64,000 nt of DNA from Camelus ferus (lineage: Eukaryota), in contig NC_045697.1 in NCBI RefSeq assembly GCF_009834535.1, positions 52,454,001 through 52,518,000 of the forward strand. The letters are read 5' to 3'. Positions 38,479 to 53,392 of this stretch are shown one piece after another. Numbering within the stretch: the first letter of the stretch is position 1; each line of letters begins with the position of its first letter. The translations under genes and the position numbers were made by a program. The notes under the pieces are model-generated. The model had not been told where the DNA came from. It saw nothing but the letters and a program-made list of their open reading frames with translations, and made no database searches.

Positions 38479-41400
38479 GCAGTTCAAGGAGCTTTGATTG
38501 GGCATGATGGCGCCTCTCAGAAGTCCGTCTTTCTAACAAGCACTCACAGAACTGGTCTCAAAGCCCATAGCTAGAAGCTGACGATTTACACTGTACACAG
38601 TCGGCTACCTGGGAGCCAAGCAGAGGCTGAATCCAGGACTTCCCATCACATTGCCTCACTGACAACAGATGCCGTAAATGTCACATAACACTGGACCACT
38701 TAGTAGAGAGCCTGAGCAAGGCAGGAAGAGTTTCTCCCATAGGAATGTTTTGGTTTGAGAGTGGCCTTTAGCTGTGAGCATTTTTAATTACAGAAACCCC
38801 ACTCAGTAAAACTCTCAGAATGGACCCTGTAATTATAATTAACCCCTTGTTCCACAGTAAAATAATTAAGTGCTACCAAACACAATCCGTCCACTTTCCC
38901 TTTAAGTCTTAATCAATGTGGGAAGTCCATTTTACAAGATCATAAAAATAAACAAACAGCCCCAGCCTATCAGCTGCAAGTGTTATCAAACGCCTACTCT
39001 AATTCGAGGCTTGTGGATTAAAATGTTTCTTATCTACCCTTCCTGGCAGGGCCTCCCTCTATTCTCTCCCTCCTTGTAATCTCCAGCCAATCCGTGTATA
39101 TGCACAGCCGGCTCTGTGACTGATGCCTGGAAATCACCAGTCAGGTGATTTACAGGTGAAAACACCTGTGTGGTTTATGCCCTTCATTAAGTTTCCATAA
39201 ACATGGTGCACATTACAGGGATCACTTTAAGCATAAACTACAAAACTTTGCAAGGAAAGTGAAGGCAGTAATATTTCACAGCTACACTGAAATTAAGCCT
39301 TTAGTGTTCAAAATCCCACAGACACTACCAACGGGGAAAGAAAGCGCCAGCTCTGGAGGATCACAGAGCTGAAAGGAATCTCAGGAAGGACCAGGCTCGA
39401 TCCCTTGTTACATAGCTGCAAAAAGAGCATGAGAGGGGAGACCGGCTCACAGGTAAGCCCCAGTTAGAGGCTACCCGCTCTGCCTCCGGCATTAAGCCAG
39501 GTTTTCTGATTCAGTTTAGATCTTCTTCCCATCATACAATACTTTTCTTTCTTTAAAAAGGAAACCCGAGACCAAAAAAAATTTGGAGAGAGATGGTCAT
39601 GCAACCAAAAAACAAGGTCAAAGTCGACAAATGTTCTTAAAAGAAATAACAAAGGCCCAATAAATATTCAACTTCAAGACTAACACAAAATTTAAACAAA
39701 TTTATAGAAATTTAACCAATTATATCTGTTAATCTATCAAAGTGGCAAAATTTAAGACTAGTCCTCAGTGATGTGAACACTGTATGCAAGAGGCAAGGCT
39801 GCACACTGATAATGACAGAAATAACCAGTACAACGTTTCTTGAAGGCCACTTGGCCAATAAAGAACAAAGCCCTTTCAAATGTTCAAACCCTTTGAACAT
39901 TTCATCTTTAGAAATCTATAATCAAGAAGTAATCTATTTCATGCACATACACACCAAAAAAACCCAGTAATGTTTATTTCTTTTCTTTATAATAAACACC
40001 TGAAGGCAATTTAAATGCCCAATTATAGATTATTGACTATTTTGCAGCCATTAAAATGATATTTATATTTAATAATATGGAAATATTCATGTTTTTAGGT
40101 TTAAAAGGCCAGATAGAGGGTTATATAGCCTGATCCCATTTTGTAAAATAAATTTCATATGTGTAAACAGAGATGTACAGAAAACTGCTGGCAGGTTAGC
40201 TCTGAAAGATAAGATTAGAGGTATTTTGACTTTTGTAGGCTATATTTTTCTGCATTACTAAAAATGGACATATTTTAGTTTTGTGATAAAAAAATTTATT
40301 ACCATTTTGAAAATATAAAAGGTGTTAAAAGCAAGAAACAACATGACTAACACATCTGCCAACATGCACGGCTCAGGAATGCCTTTAAATATAAAGATGA
40401 GAATTCCAAAAATAGATCTACATTTTCCTAATCCATTTCCCATCATAATAAAGTACCTGAAATGGCTTATAAATTTTTTTTTAACTCAGGAAGGGAGGAA
40501 AACTCCCTTGTACTTGGCTTCGTATATGAATGGCACCCTTTAAATGTAAAACTATAATATGACAGCAATAATAAAGCTATCAAAATAACCCATAAAAGTG
40601 ATGTTTTATCCTGTAAATAAAAAAATTTTCTATTAGTGTTCAGAAAGGGAGCTTCATGAAGAAAACTAGGAGAGGTCCTGAGGAGAATCAGAATAGGGCT
40701 GAATTTTTTATACAAGTGTGAGAAGTGACATCTGCTGAAGCAGGGGCCCACTACTCGTGGCCCCCACGTGGCGGTAGTTTTGCACCTGCAGAGGGAGGGG
40801 CCCCTCGGGCAGGCCACTGAGAAGGAGTAGCAGGTGGACTGCAAAGAAAAATAGAAATCATGCCATCATTCATTTGATATAGTCACACTCGCCATGATTT
40901 CTTTTTCTTCTCATTTGTTGAAATAAAACTGGGGTGAAGGGGTAATGCATCTTAAGACTTAGATGCACAGAATTCTCAACTCGGAATTAACAGCACCCTT
41001 CACGAGACAACTTCCCTTCACCCTTTGCCAGAAAAATATTTTTTTAATCAACAAATAATGACAGTAGCTCGTCAAGTTACCGTGACATTTTTGGTCACCT
41101 GAAATAAAGGCATTCTCTTTTTCTTGCATGTTTTTTAACCTGCTATAAGGTTTTGATTCTTTCAGAGGATTTTTAAGCATTGCTTTTCAGCCACTTACAC
41201 TCACTCAAACACACTCTTCTCCCCCCGCTCCTCCAAATATTGTCCATTTTTCTTTCTTTCTTCGTTTTGCTTGTAATGTGTGTTATTTGCCTCTGAACTG
41301 TTTTTCTGTATTATCAGCTCCAGAATGACAATGCTGACTCTCTGCCTGCTTGCCTCTGGGGCGGCAGAGCAAACTCAGTACTGCGTGATGATGCCTCAAA

Positions 41401-44218
41401 GTGACCTAGTGGTGTTCAAGTTTAAACCTTAATGACATTATTAAAGTAAATGTATGGTGGTTAGAGGAAAAAGCCACAGCTGATAATAAGAAGTAATGAA
41501 AACTAAAGTGTGAATGTAAAATGCTTGATAAATTTTTCTTAAATATACTAAGAACTCTCCATTTCTTTGGTCATTGGCTAACAAGTTTCCAGTATAATGT
41601 GGGACTCTGTCTTCTACCACATGGAAAAGGGTCAGCTAGTAACCAAAGATCAGAAACTCCTTAAAGTAGCTCTTTCTGGCACTGAAGATCCCAGAGACAG
41701 TTTTACAGAAAAGCCCAAGTTTATCAATTGACTTTAACGGGTCACCCTTGTTGATCAGCTCCAGGCACAGCAAAGAAGCTGTGAAGCTGTTTCTAGCTCC
41801 ATCCACTGCACCTTTCAGAATCTTTTCTCCTGCTGGTGAAGTCCCTGAGCATCTCTCAGCCTGACCCAGTCTGTACTCTGCCCCCACGAGGTGACATGTA
41901 GAAAGATCTGGATAAACTCATTTATACTGGGATAGTCGTGCAAGGAAGGAACAGTTACAGCTGAGGTCCTCATTCAATTCTCACAACAACCCTGAGAGGT
42001 CTCCCTTCATCCACATTCTACAGGTGAGAAACAGAGACTGCTAAAGGGTTAGGTGACGCCCCTTGTCCGTAGGCGTAGACTTTAACCACCCTGTCAACTT
42101 TAAACGCACCACTCTTTCTGTACCACCACCCTGCATCTCATGGGCTGAAGATGCCGGAGAGCATGTGCATTTTCATAGAGAGCAAACCCTGGGCTCAGTG
42201 AGATGAACTTCCAAATGGTGGAATTTCAGGAAGTAACCATGGTATATGATAGGCCTTTTTCTTTTCAATGTAGGAAACTTTCTGGTGACCCTTAAGTCAC
42301 GACACATACTCTCTCCCTGTTGCCCCATCACCAGTTTAATTTTGACTTTGCCCTGTGTTTATGCACTTCTGACTTCTAACTTGAGACATCTTTACCCCAG
42401 GTTAGTTTTTAAAGTCTGAAAACAGAAATTGCAATTCTCACTCAAAAACTGGACTGATTTTTGCTAACCAGGATACTTTTTTGGGTAACAATCTCTCTCA
42501 CAGATTTTAACAAATGAAGAAAAGTCAGTGAAACAAATCGCCTGGGAAACCATCCCTCCCCTTTGCTTCTCAGTCTCTGCAGCTGGGCTTCACCTTCCCT
42601 GGGTACAGTCAGCCAGGACCTCTCCTCATACATCAAGCATCCATTTTCCGCCTCACCTGTGTTGTCGGACATGAAAAATTCTACAAAGAGCAGTATTTCC
42701 TACATTATCTTCTCACTGTCCATGTGGATGTGGATTTGTAACTCATCCCATTTACAAAGTGGTGGATTTGCAAATTTAATTCCAGGGCCTAGAATAGAGT
42801 CTGGCACACTGTAGACACTCATGTACCGTTGCTGAGTAAATGTATGACCTAATTAATTCTGGCCACTCAGCATCTTCACATCACTCTTCCCTTCTCCACT
42901 TGCACCTTGAGCACCTCTGATGCACAGACAGTATGGGGCTTCTTTGCAAATCTAACTAACAAGCTTTCCGAAGAAAAACTGGATATGTATAAGTAAGTAA
43001 GACATATGCCTGATGTGAGAACTAATCTTCTCTTCCAATACAAATGCTGTAGCCTTCCCATGGTCTATAAGGACACAGATGCCACAGACAAGCTCTTTGC
43101 CTACAGCTACTCAATGAAATTTTGAAACTACACAGGAATTTTACATGGGTCAGTGGGGCCATGATCCACATTCTCTTCCCACAGTCCCAAAGCAGGCACA
43201 CTGCAGACCCCTTAAGGAAGTGCGGTCATTCCTACAGGTCCAGTGGTCAGTGAGTCATGGAACTGTCCTAGGACCAAGAAGCAGAGCCCCTGTATCTCTT
43301 CTTAAGGAAAACATGATCTTCAGCACAACTAGATTTGAAGGGTAATAAGGCAGCTTAGGCCAGGCTCTTTCTAGAAAATGAAAACAATTACTACTCTTTG
43401 GAATGTAGTGATATGTGCCCAAGGTGTTCAACTTAACGAGTTAACATTTGCTGCACAACGCTAATTACCAAGATGCCAAAGCTGCCCTGCACCACGAGGT
43501 TCAGTGACTCACTGGGGGTTGTACAAATGATACTTGGCATCAGCGTGACCTGACTCAGTTACTAATCCGTATGGTTCCACTGGCTCCTTGCCCCCATCCA
43601 ACCTTTCTCTACATACAGCTAAAGGAGCTTGACTTCCACCTACGAAATCACCCCAACTCAAGGACTAGAACTAGACCAGTTTCCTTCTCCCAGAGGATTT
43701 AAACCCTATTTTACAGATGACAAAACTGAGGCCCAGAGAAGCTCAGTGCAATGTCTAAGGTCAAGGAGTTCTAGAAATCTATCGTCCAGACTCCAGTCCC
43801 ATATAACCAAGGTGGAGGGGTGAGGGGCTCCATTCCAAATATTAATTTTATGCTAATAAGTGAAGGAATGCAAATCTGCACATATAAATATGGTCCCAAT
43901 TGTAATTTTAAAAATCACATAAAAGTGAAAAGCATAGGAGAGAAGACGGAGAAACAAAACTGGATGGAAAAATGCCAAAATGTTACCAATGGCTATATCT
44001 GGATGGAGGTATGATGGGTGATTATTTTTCTCAATATTTGCCTGTATTTTCCAAACTTTCTGCAATAAACCTTACTAGTTTTATAATATAAAACAGAGAG
44101 AATAAACTTTTGAGAATATTCAACTCTGCTGACACTAGGAGTCAGGTGCACGGACAGAGACTCGTGGGTGGGCAGGTAGGGCTGCAGAAAGGACAGGCAC
44201 ATAAAGCGACATACTTAC

Positions 44219-44379
44219 CCACCAACTGTGGCAGAGACGCAGCCTCCCTGTCCAGCATGATGGAGCCCTTCTCCATGCAGGTCCTCAGCTCAAACAGGCT
44301 GTGCAGGGACAAGGTGGCCACGTGGGGCTTGCTCCATCTCTCCCCACCCTGTTCCACTTTTTCTTCAAACTTAATCCAC
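44219..44379 (-). CDS. SLC4A4: SLC4A4 coding exon, 161 nt (R)[53 protein letters not shown](E)
   Basis: Acceptor cttgtttgtag|G and donor GTGG|GTAAGT. Phase 2 in and phase 1 out match the neighbouring exons. Conserved SLC4 ETARWIKFEE motif. Confidence 0.98.
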
Positions 44380-45877
44380 CTACAAACAAGAGATTAGTGA
44401 GCAGCTGTTAAAAGTGTTCTAACCGCCTCTGGAAAAAGCAACACCAACCCCTCCAGCTCCACTCCCACCAGCACGCCCAAAATGTCATCTTTTGTGGAGT
44501 TTTAAAAGCTTATTACATCATTAACTGCATTACGTTTATAAATACGCCAAACAGAGTCACTAGACTGCTCCTCCCCCCGATGTTAGAGAGAAAGAAAACA
44601 AACCGAAAGGAGCCAACGCCGCCTCCTTGGTTTCCTATCTGTCTCTATGTAGACGTGAAGTCGTTAAGAATGATTATTGATCCCAGTTTTTTAAATAATG
44701 TAGGAAAAATATGCACTGCAAATTCTCCATGGGGGTAGAGCCTACAGTATGTAAAAATAACCAACATTGTGAGAATTCTGTTGTGACTTCACAAGGCAAG
44801 TTTACACAAGGTGAAATATCAGTTAAGAACTGATGCTTATCTTAAATATTTGAAAATACAGTGTGTGAAGTGGTCAGATACAAAATTCCCTTTAATGCTT
44901 AAAGAAGGCCAGCGTGTGTTGCTGTGTCTAACTTTAATGTGTATCTCAGCTGACATGTTCCCTTCTCGTTGAGATGCTAACGGAAGCTCGATCCTTCAAG
45001 TTTGGCTCCATGTGTGTTTAAAAGTACACAAGCTCAGCAAATAATGCATCTATTCTGATAATAACAGGTCTCTTGTTAACCTTAGCGATGGAGCAAACAA
45101 CCCCCTTTCACAGCTTCTTCTTTCTAACTGTAGGCACTTTGATAACTCAGCAACATATGGGAATGAGGAAAGTTTAATCCCGCGTATCACACATACCTAT
45201 TCTTCCTACACTGGTAAAGAAAAACAGGAAAGCATGGTCATTTTGCTATTCATTACGACTCAAAGAGAAATGCTGCTTTCTGTCACTTCAAACCTCCGAA
45301 AGATACTGAACAAGATAAAGAGGGGGTTAAAAACTGTTTTTCTGCATTCTTCACCCAAAGGTTTAATGATTGAAAAATGTTTTCCCAGAAAAAGCTAAAC
45401 ACTCACCCAATTCACTAAAGAGGAGAACAAAGGGCAGAGATCAGAGGAAGCTCTACATAAGGTATTATTTATAGACTGCTCACCACCCCAGATGAGTCAA
45501 AAAAAAAAAAAAAAAAACCCACATTAGTAGAACCAGGAGTGAAAACAGATCAAGAGATCAGCCACAATGTCAAAGGGAACTCAGAATTTTAATCAAGCCA
45601 GACACTCATGTGATTCAGAAGCGTATCGGCCGTATCCCAAATCTCTCTCCTCCCTCTCCTGGTCAGGAAACTCCCATGCTTCAACGGCAACCTTATCCCC
45701 ATCCTCACCCGCAGTTCTAAGACCCTCCTCCTTTCCCCTGTGTCCCCAAAGATGCAGGCGGTGGAGGCTTTTATGTTTTCCTCACAGTAAAAAGCCAACA
45801 CCAAAGAGCTTCTAAAACTCCAGAACTGGATCTTGTTTATTTATACGAAAGTGGTTGTGAAACATTCTGAAAGACCC

Positions 45878-45879
<2 letters not shown>

Positions 45880-45919
<40 letters not shown>
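45880..45919. repeat. (TG)20 microsatellite
   Basis: Perfect run. Confidence 0.95.
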
Positions 45920-45922
<3 letters not shown>

Positions 45923-48900
45923 TAGTAGTTCTTCAGGTCGGCTGGTATTAGAAACACAGAAATAGAGGGAAGTGAGAGAAAAATGACGATTTTACATCAC
46001 ACTCATAGAACAGAATTCTATGGATTTGCCAAAACGATAAAGGGTAATAGGGTTATTTTGAGAGTAATTATCTTATGGACTGTATTACATTGGCTAACTT
46101 TAAGCATATTATCTTTTCAGGCTCACTCACAGACTCTCTAGCCATGTTTGTTGGTAACTAGTATCTGAACCACATTTACATTTGATGTTATAATTTATTG
46201 CTTAAGGTGAGACTCTAGAAGATAGAAGATTCCATAGTATATGAAACCTAGTCAGGGTTACATATAATCATGTTATTTATCGAGAGTGCAGTGACCTTGT
46301 TTTTATTCCTAAGAGTATTCTTATTAGCTGAGGGATAGAATCTTTGGTCACAAAATTTCAGTCCAAGAAGAATGACAAGGATCAGCTAGAAACTGACTAG
46401 AAACTCAGTACAGGGGAGTGTTTTATACATACAGCCTTCACACCCCTCTTATCTTTACTGAATGATAACCAGTTGCCCTTCTGTCCATTGCCATAAATCT
46501 CTATGGCCAAATGCACTTCGTAAAAGAAAACTAAGCCTTTCTTACATACAATGTGTGACAGTAGGCTTGTTTTTGGCATCATCCTCCACTGTCAACACTA
46601 TGTAAGTTTAATAAAATTTTCTTTAAAAAAAGAAAAAAGTAGCAAAACCACTGCATTCTTTTTTGACTTATCTCTTACTTCATTCCTCTCTACAATTTAT
46701 CTTGAATGTGATTTTTGAACAAGTTCTAAAAGTACATTAGAAATAATAAACCCCAACTAGCTTAGATTTACGGAATAGTATTACTCACCCTCCTGGATTA
46801 TAGCAGCCAAGATTTGGTCAAGATTTAACCATAATGGAATGGAAATGTAGCCTCAGAACCAGCCAGTTCCTTAGCATCTACATTCCTAAAGGATAAGTAC
46901 TATCTCATAGTTCAGTTGAAGCATCTCTTTCACTTTGAGTTCAGTAAATATTGAATGCGGTGATGATGTCACAGCACAGCACAGAGAATAGCACAAGAGG
47001 AACTCTGGGATGATGACTATTAAATTCCTTTAAAAGGCATTGCTCAAATTGTTCAAGGAACTGACTGTACATCCAACATACTGCTTCAGGCATAAAGTAA
47101 TGGTTTGCCCATTGAAACAGACTGTTTGCAGATAGTTTCATCCCAGAAACTACCCATACTACGTCTATCTTCCTCACAGATCAAGGACAAATTTGAGGAA
47201 AAAAACCCGAAAACTACTCAGTTCAAATCAGAACCCATTATAGGAAAGGCTAAGGCAAAGGTACCAAAGTTCAGCCTATTCGAGTGTCAGTGAATTTGTA
47301 AAGGTGCCTTAGAACCATGTAATTATGTTTTTAAAAAACCAGACTTTTTTTACTGTAAAATGTACTAAAAGCTACTATCTATCCTTCATAATAACTATGA
47401 GTAACCATATATTTGCAATAAGTTTCCTACTTTTCCTTTTGTCTTAGTACTTGACATGTTACAGGAAAATTAATTTCAGAAGTTGGCTTTTTAAATGCTG
47501 GCAATTACAAAACTGTTGTAACCTTGAAGGAGGAGTTTATTAGGTGAAGTTTATTTATTCCAAGGTCTTAGAAGAATAATGATAAAGTACATTGCAATTT
47601 AACACACTCTGAGTGACTGCCAACCAGATAGCATTTCACTAGTTTGTTGAAGAAACAGAAGGCCCCCTGGGAATCACTGAATTTTGCAACTTTCCCATCA
47701 TATGATTAAATATAATTAAGAAAAGACAAGACCTCTCACTTAAAAACATGCCAATTTTATGGTGGAAAATAGACTTGACCTTTGCCCTGGAATATAACCA
47801 ACTACATAAAACTATTAGAGCAATAATAAATTTCTTGCTAACTGATAAGTGCCTCATCACAGATAAAAGAAGCCAACATGAGTGTGTATCTGGGATGAAT
47901 GATGTTTTTAAGAATTCTTAAATTTCTAGATCAACTGCAAAAGCTATTGCAAAACAGTGTAGTAACCACATATAATCACATAGATGATTAAATTCCTTCT
48001 CCCTCAGACTTTTTCTTACAGAACAAATAAACTTGGTCTGAAATGGAATTTTCCAGTGTAATCCAGTAGAGGAGACACAGAGAAGGCAGTGTGGACTGGA
48101 AAGAGAGAGGTCCCTCTGCAAAGTCCCAAGGTAAGCACAAGTGACCGTGTTTGATGGGCAGGCCCTGAAATCAGGTTCTTCCGGGGAGGCAGAGTCATTC
48201 CGCCGAGCAGAAACACGAATGGGGGTCCTTCTGTGCTGTACCACTAGGACTGAAACATCAACACCCTTCTCCTTTGTTGGCTTGTTGGCTTGTTGGCTTT
48301 GTTGAAACTTGTGACGTCTTTCCTTTTCACCCAGGTTTGGCAGTAAAACGTGGATCATATTGGGGATGTGATCTTTTAACATGTGTTCTTATAACAGTGA
48401 TGAAACCCAAAGTGGCCCACCTGAATATTCACTGAGGGGAAACTGAAAGCCAATAACCAGGCTTGCAGACATCACAGACTCAAAGAAATAAAGGGTTTGG
48501 AGCAGTGGAGGGTAGCGATAGCCCTTCTTCCTGGCTTTGGGCCATCACCAAAGCTGGACCATGACTTATTCTTTTACTGGTTTGCTTCATGAATCCATTA
48601 GCTAATGCCTAGCCACCTAGGAATTCTTAATAAGAAGCACAGACTTCTTCACTAATACCAAATATTTCATTACATCTACTGCTATGTCACTGAATGTCAG
48701 TATCCTAATGACCTCACACTTAGGAGTACTCTTTTTAAAAAGAATATTCTCTGCATTCCCTGTTCATATGCCTTTCTCAGTCCTGATCATTCTACCCTTT
48801 GCACAGTCTTTAACCTGTGCTCTCTATTGGAAGTGCCAGTGAAAATTCAAAGTCCTGACTTTTAGGAAAGGGAAGAGCAGAGAAACGATGTGAAAGAAGA

Positions 48901-49608
48901 GGGTGGTAGAGCTGGCTGTACTTCACGTAAATAAAGACTTCCCTTGTTTATGGTTTTATATAACTACTGTGGCTCTCTGAGACTTAAATGGGGATATTTT
49001 CTCTACCACTGGAACCACTTTCCTTATTTTTTGAGACACAGAGCTAACCTGAACTTCCTGAAGTAGAACTAAAACTCCAGTAATGCTGAGACTCAAGCAG
49101 GATATTCTTGGTCAATCAAGTCATGAGTCAACGGAAAAAAGTACAGAACATCCAGAGGGACAGTACCGAAGAGGGTTCTGTTGTGTTCTGTGGGAATGTG
49201 GGCTCACAGCAGAAACTACATTAAGCTGGAGAAGTCTGGTGGGTTAGTTCTCTTATGGAATAAAACAGCCCACTTAATTGGGGTTTTCACCAAGAAAGGA
49301 ATTCTTCATTTTATGTTAGCCAGAAAAATATCCACCCTGCATTTTCAAATGTAAACTTTTATTACAAGTCTAGAAGGTTTGAGAGCTTTTCATCGGGGGG
49401 GGGGGGGTGGAATAGCCCTATCATGTCTGGAAACTGGACATTGTAAATGGGAGTCAGAAATTGCTGTAAAAACATTCAGAAGCAGAGTTCTGTTACAGGA
49501 AGCAAAAATCACCGAAAATCTGAATCATTTCCGGAGGCACAACGCCTCCAAACTTCCCAACGTAATTTAGGTGGAGTCACACACTCAGAACTAAGGGTCC
49601 ATGTCTCT

Positions 49609-50500
49609 ATTCACTCACTCTATAAAGATGCATATCTTGATTGTGGCCTATGTTCCAGGTAGTTGTAGGCACTAGGAATACGGTGGTGAACAGAACAGCC
49701 AAAAGCTCCTGCCCTCGTGGCACTTTAATTTGATTGGGAGGAGACAACAACAAGATATGTGAATATGTTAAATGCTGGTCAGTGCAAAGGATAAATACAA
49801 TGGAGGACAAGGGGTCGAAAGGTTTGGGGGAAGTTTCCGTTTTAGATCACGCAGCTACTGAGAAGGTCACATCTGAACAAAGGCCTGAAGGAGGTGAGGA
49901 AATGAGCCATACAGGGAACTGTGGGGTACAGCAGTTCAGCAAGGAGAATATGTCAGACACAGGGAAGAGCAAGTGCGAAGTCCCTGACACAGCAGCCTGA
50001 TCGGGCCTGTGAGGCTCGAGCAGAGCGGATGCGGGGGAGAGAAGTAGGAGGTGAGGTCAAAGAGATCACGGGGCATAGTTCATGAGGGAAGGGCGGGTTC
50101 AGGGAGATGGTATAATTAGGAAGTGTTTGCAGTAATCTAGATGAGAAATAATGGTGACCTGAACCACTGTAGTGACAGTGTTGAATGTGAGATATGGTGA
50201 GATTCTGAATATCCGAATAACTCTTGAGCGTAAACTAGATAGGGTTTGCCAATGGATCGAGTAAGCGATGTAGAGAAAGATGGACATCAAGGAAGACTCC
50301 AATCTTTCTGGCTTAAGGAACTAGAAAAAGGGAGTTGTTCACTGCGGTGGGGAATTCTGTAGGAGAAGCAGGTATGAGGTGGGTAGATCAGAAGCTCAGT
50401 TTCCAACATGTGATCTCAGATGCCTATTGCCCATTCAAACATTTGTTTTCAATCAAACAAGGCAAGAAGTCTGGGCTAGAGAACTAAACACAGATGGCAC
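49609..50500 (-). mobile_element. L2 LINE 3' fragment
   Basis: attcactcactc...cctatgttccagg...ctcctgccctcgtgg...gagaaggtcacatctgaacaaaggcctgaaggaggtgagg...catcaaggaagactcc, typical reverse L2a. Confidence 0.8.
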
Positions 50501-51620
50501 CAGCATATTGATGAATTAGTCTGAAACATCAAACAAAGGTCCTCTTTTGGGCTTTACACTTGGTGTGCTGGGTACCTTGGGTCTGTCATTAAGCTGCCAT
50601 CAGTCAGAAAGAGATGGATTATCACAGAATTTCAACTCTAATCATGTAAAATTTCTAAGAAATTATTATATTTAGAACAGTAGATTCTAAGGCAATCAGT
50701 TCTCAACTAATCACACTCAACAAATGTTACTGAGGACCTATTATGCCAAGTGCTGCAAGGCACTGGGAATACAGTAATGAAAGACAGACATGGTGGTCTC
50801 TGACTTCAGATGAATTAGTGTAACGAGGGAGACAAAATGAAAAAAAAATCGCATATATGGTTGATTAATAGTAATTGTGGCAAGTCCTATAGAGGAGAAG
50901 TTATAGAGTGTAGACTCTGTGAGTATGTCTCTTCCCGGTACACAGGACATTCCCACTACACTTCCTCTCCAGCAGTATACTCTCTCAGGGACCAATGACA
51001 ACACTGAAATGACATACATGCTCCCAAGGACAGTCTTTAAACACGGTATTCAAGACCATCTTAACCTTTAAGAATCTAAAATGAAAGTGCTGTGTCCATC
51101 TCATGAAATGTTGAATTACCTATACAATGAGCTGTGATCTCTTCACATTGCCTGGACCAGGGGGCATATAAAATAAAGAATAGTCTGCATTTGATGGAAA
51201 GCAAAAACAGAGCGCTGTACCTGAATTCTACTCCATACGGGCACTGGCACAGAATTTTAGGATCAAAGTAGGATTCAAGGTAGGTCTCCTAGTCACAGCA
51301 GATTACACCATTATATACACAGGGATGGAACTTTAGAGCTAGAAGATACACATGATGTTAGAGAGGATGAACCTAGTATGGCTTTCATTTCATAGAACAG
51401 AAAACTCAAGCTCGGGAAGACGACATGACTACACGACTTGCCCAAAATGGAATAGCTAGTTAGCAGCAAAGCCACAGTCTCCCCAACACTTAACTCAGGC
51501 TGCACCATTATGATTCTGACTCTGTTTTCTCCTGTTAGAAAGAATGAAATGGAGATACTAATAAAAGTCTTTGCTTTTACAGTCTTCTTTTGGATAATGT
51601 TTTATGAATGAAAATTATAC

Positions 51621-52136
51621 TTTACAGAGAAACAGAAACAGACCCACAGACATAGAAAACGAACTTACAGTTACGATAGGGGGAAGGAGGAGGAGGGATA
51701 AATTGGGAGTTCAAGATTTGCAGATACTAATTACTATATATAAAATAAGTAAACAAGAAGTTACTTCTTTTTTCTAAAGCTTTTTTTTTATTGAGTTACA
51801 GTCATTTTACAATGTTGTGTCAAATTCCAGTGTAGAGCACAATTTTTCAGTTATACATAAACATACGTACATTCATTGTCACATTCTCTTTCGCTGTGAG
51901 CCACCACAAGATCCTGTATAGTTTCCCTGTGCTACACAGTACAATCTTGTTTATCTACTACAACAACAAGTTACTTCTGTACAGCACAGGGAACTCTATT
52001 CAATGGCTTGTAGTAACCTATAATGAAAAAGAATATGAAAACGAATATATGCATGTATATGTGTGACTAAAACATTATGCTTTACACCAGAAACTGACAC
52101 AACATTGTAAACTGACTAGACTTCAATATAAAAAAA
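51621..52136 (+). mobile_element. L1 3'UTR (camelid type) hosting a nested inverted L1
   Basis: aacagaaacagacccacagacatagaaaac...ggagggataaattgggagttcaagatttgcagatac...aactgactagacttcaatataaaaaaa. Confidence 0.9.
51769..51961 (-). mobile_element. Younger 5'-truncated L1 3'UTR inserted in opposite orientation
   Basis: Poly-T tail, then attgagttacagtcattttacaatgttgtgtc...; TSD aacaa(g/c)aagttacttct at 51752-51768 and 51962-51978. Confidence 0.85.
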
Positions 52137-53392
52137 GTGTTCTTTGCAGAGGACTTTTAACATCTGGGTTATTGGTCCTGAGAGAGGGGAATAAGAGACA
52201 ATTTCTGTCTCATGGAATGAGGCCCCAAAAGTGCAAAGAATGAAGGGCTTCAAGAGGGAGCACCAGAGATGGAGGAGCAGAAACAAGTTGTTGCTCACAT
52301 CTGTGTTCCCAGGGCCTAAAACAGGGCCCAACATGTACTAGGCATTCAAAAAACACTGGTTGAATTTAATTGATTTGAATTAAATTACAGTCTATAAAAG
52401 GCATATTTAACATTACTCTGTGGACGATCAAATACAGACTGTCCATATAAGGACAATGAGAGACCAAAAACTGCATCATATCAACAACTTTATATTACAT
52501 GATTTTGTGTCATAGAAGATTTAGAGTAGAGTGTTAACCAAATCTACATATAGAAAGGAAGAAAAGAAGAAAAGCTCTGTTATTGTGAGATTAATGAAAC
52601 TTTAGATATTTGTGCTGTGCTTAACAACTTACAAAGCATTTCCATATATATGTGTATGTATGTATATAAATATCCATGATATAATTAGATATCTAGCTTA
52701 CTTTACACTTATCTATTATGTATCTTATATAGCATACATATATATTATATGCAGTAGGCATTATTATCCAGTAATTATTGATGATGAAATCAAAGTTCTG
52801 AAAAACTGAGTGTGATACATCTTGACAGGTGACAAGAGTCTGAAATTGAACACAAGTCTCTAACATTCCCAATGCAAGTGAACCTTCTACTTGCTTTCAC
52901 TGGGTACTTAAAAGATGACAGATTTTTACTTGGAATAATAGCAAGTTTATGGGTAAGAGTTGTTGTCTTCACAACCTCCCTCCTAACAGGAAATGAGCCA
53001 TCAGTAAGACACTGTCTCACAAGATACCTAGGCATATGGAGACTGTGGGTGCAAATCTCTAGGCTATCCTGTTTAGGTGTTTCAGTTTATCTCTTTTAAA
53101 TATTTCACTATTACATAGCATATAAGTGGAGATTTACTTCTAATTCTGTGTAAGTGTGAAAATGATAAGAATGCAGACCAAGGAAACAATGTTCCGGCAG
53201 TGAAATTAAGGGTGTACTGAATCTCTGTCAATGTCAAAGAGAAGAAAGAGAATTCTTTAATTCCTTGATCCAGCCAGCCTCGTGCTCATCAGTCATTCAG
53301 AGTGCTCAGGTTAGAGGAAGGGGCTCACAGACAGGCATCCTGCCCCGTCCTTGTTTCCCCAGGTGGCTACCACACGGTCCGCTGAGCCTCAC

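Noticed and set aside
47918..48382. 154-aa minus-strand ORF in the SLC4A4 intron
   Set aside because: No similarity to SLC4 or any family I recognise, and no convincing splice context.
49395..49407. G13 homopolymer
   Set aside because: Isolated, with no supporting context; length may be error-prone.
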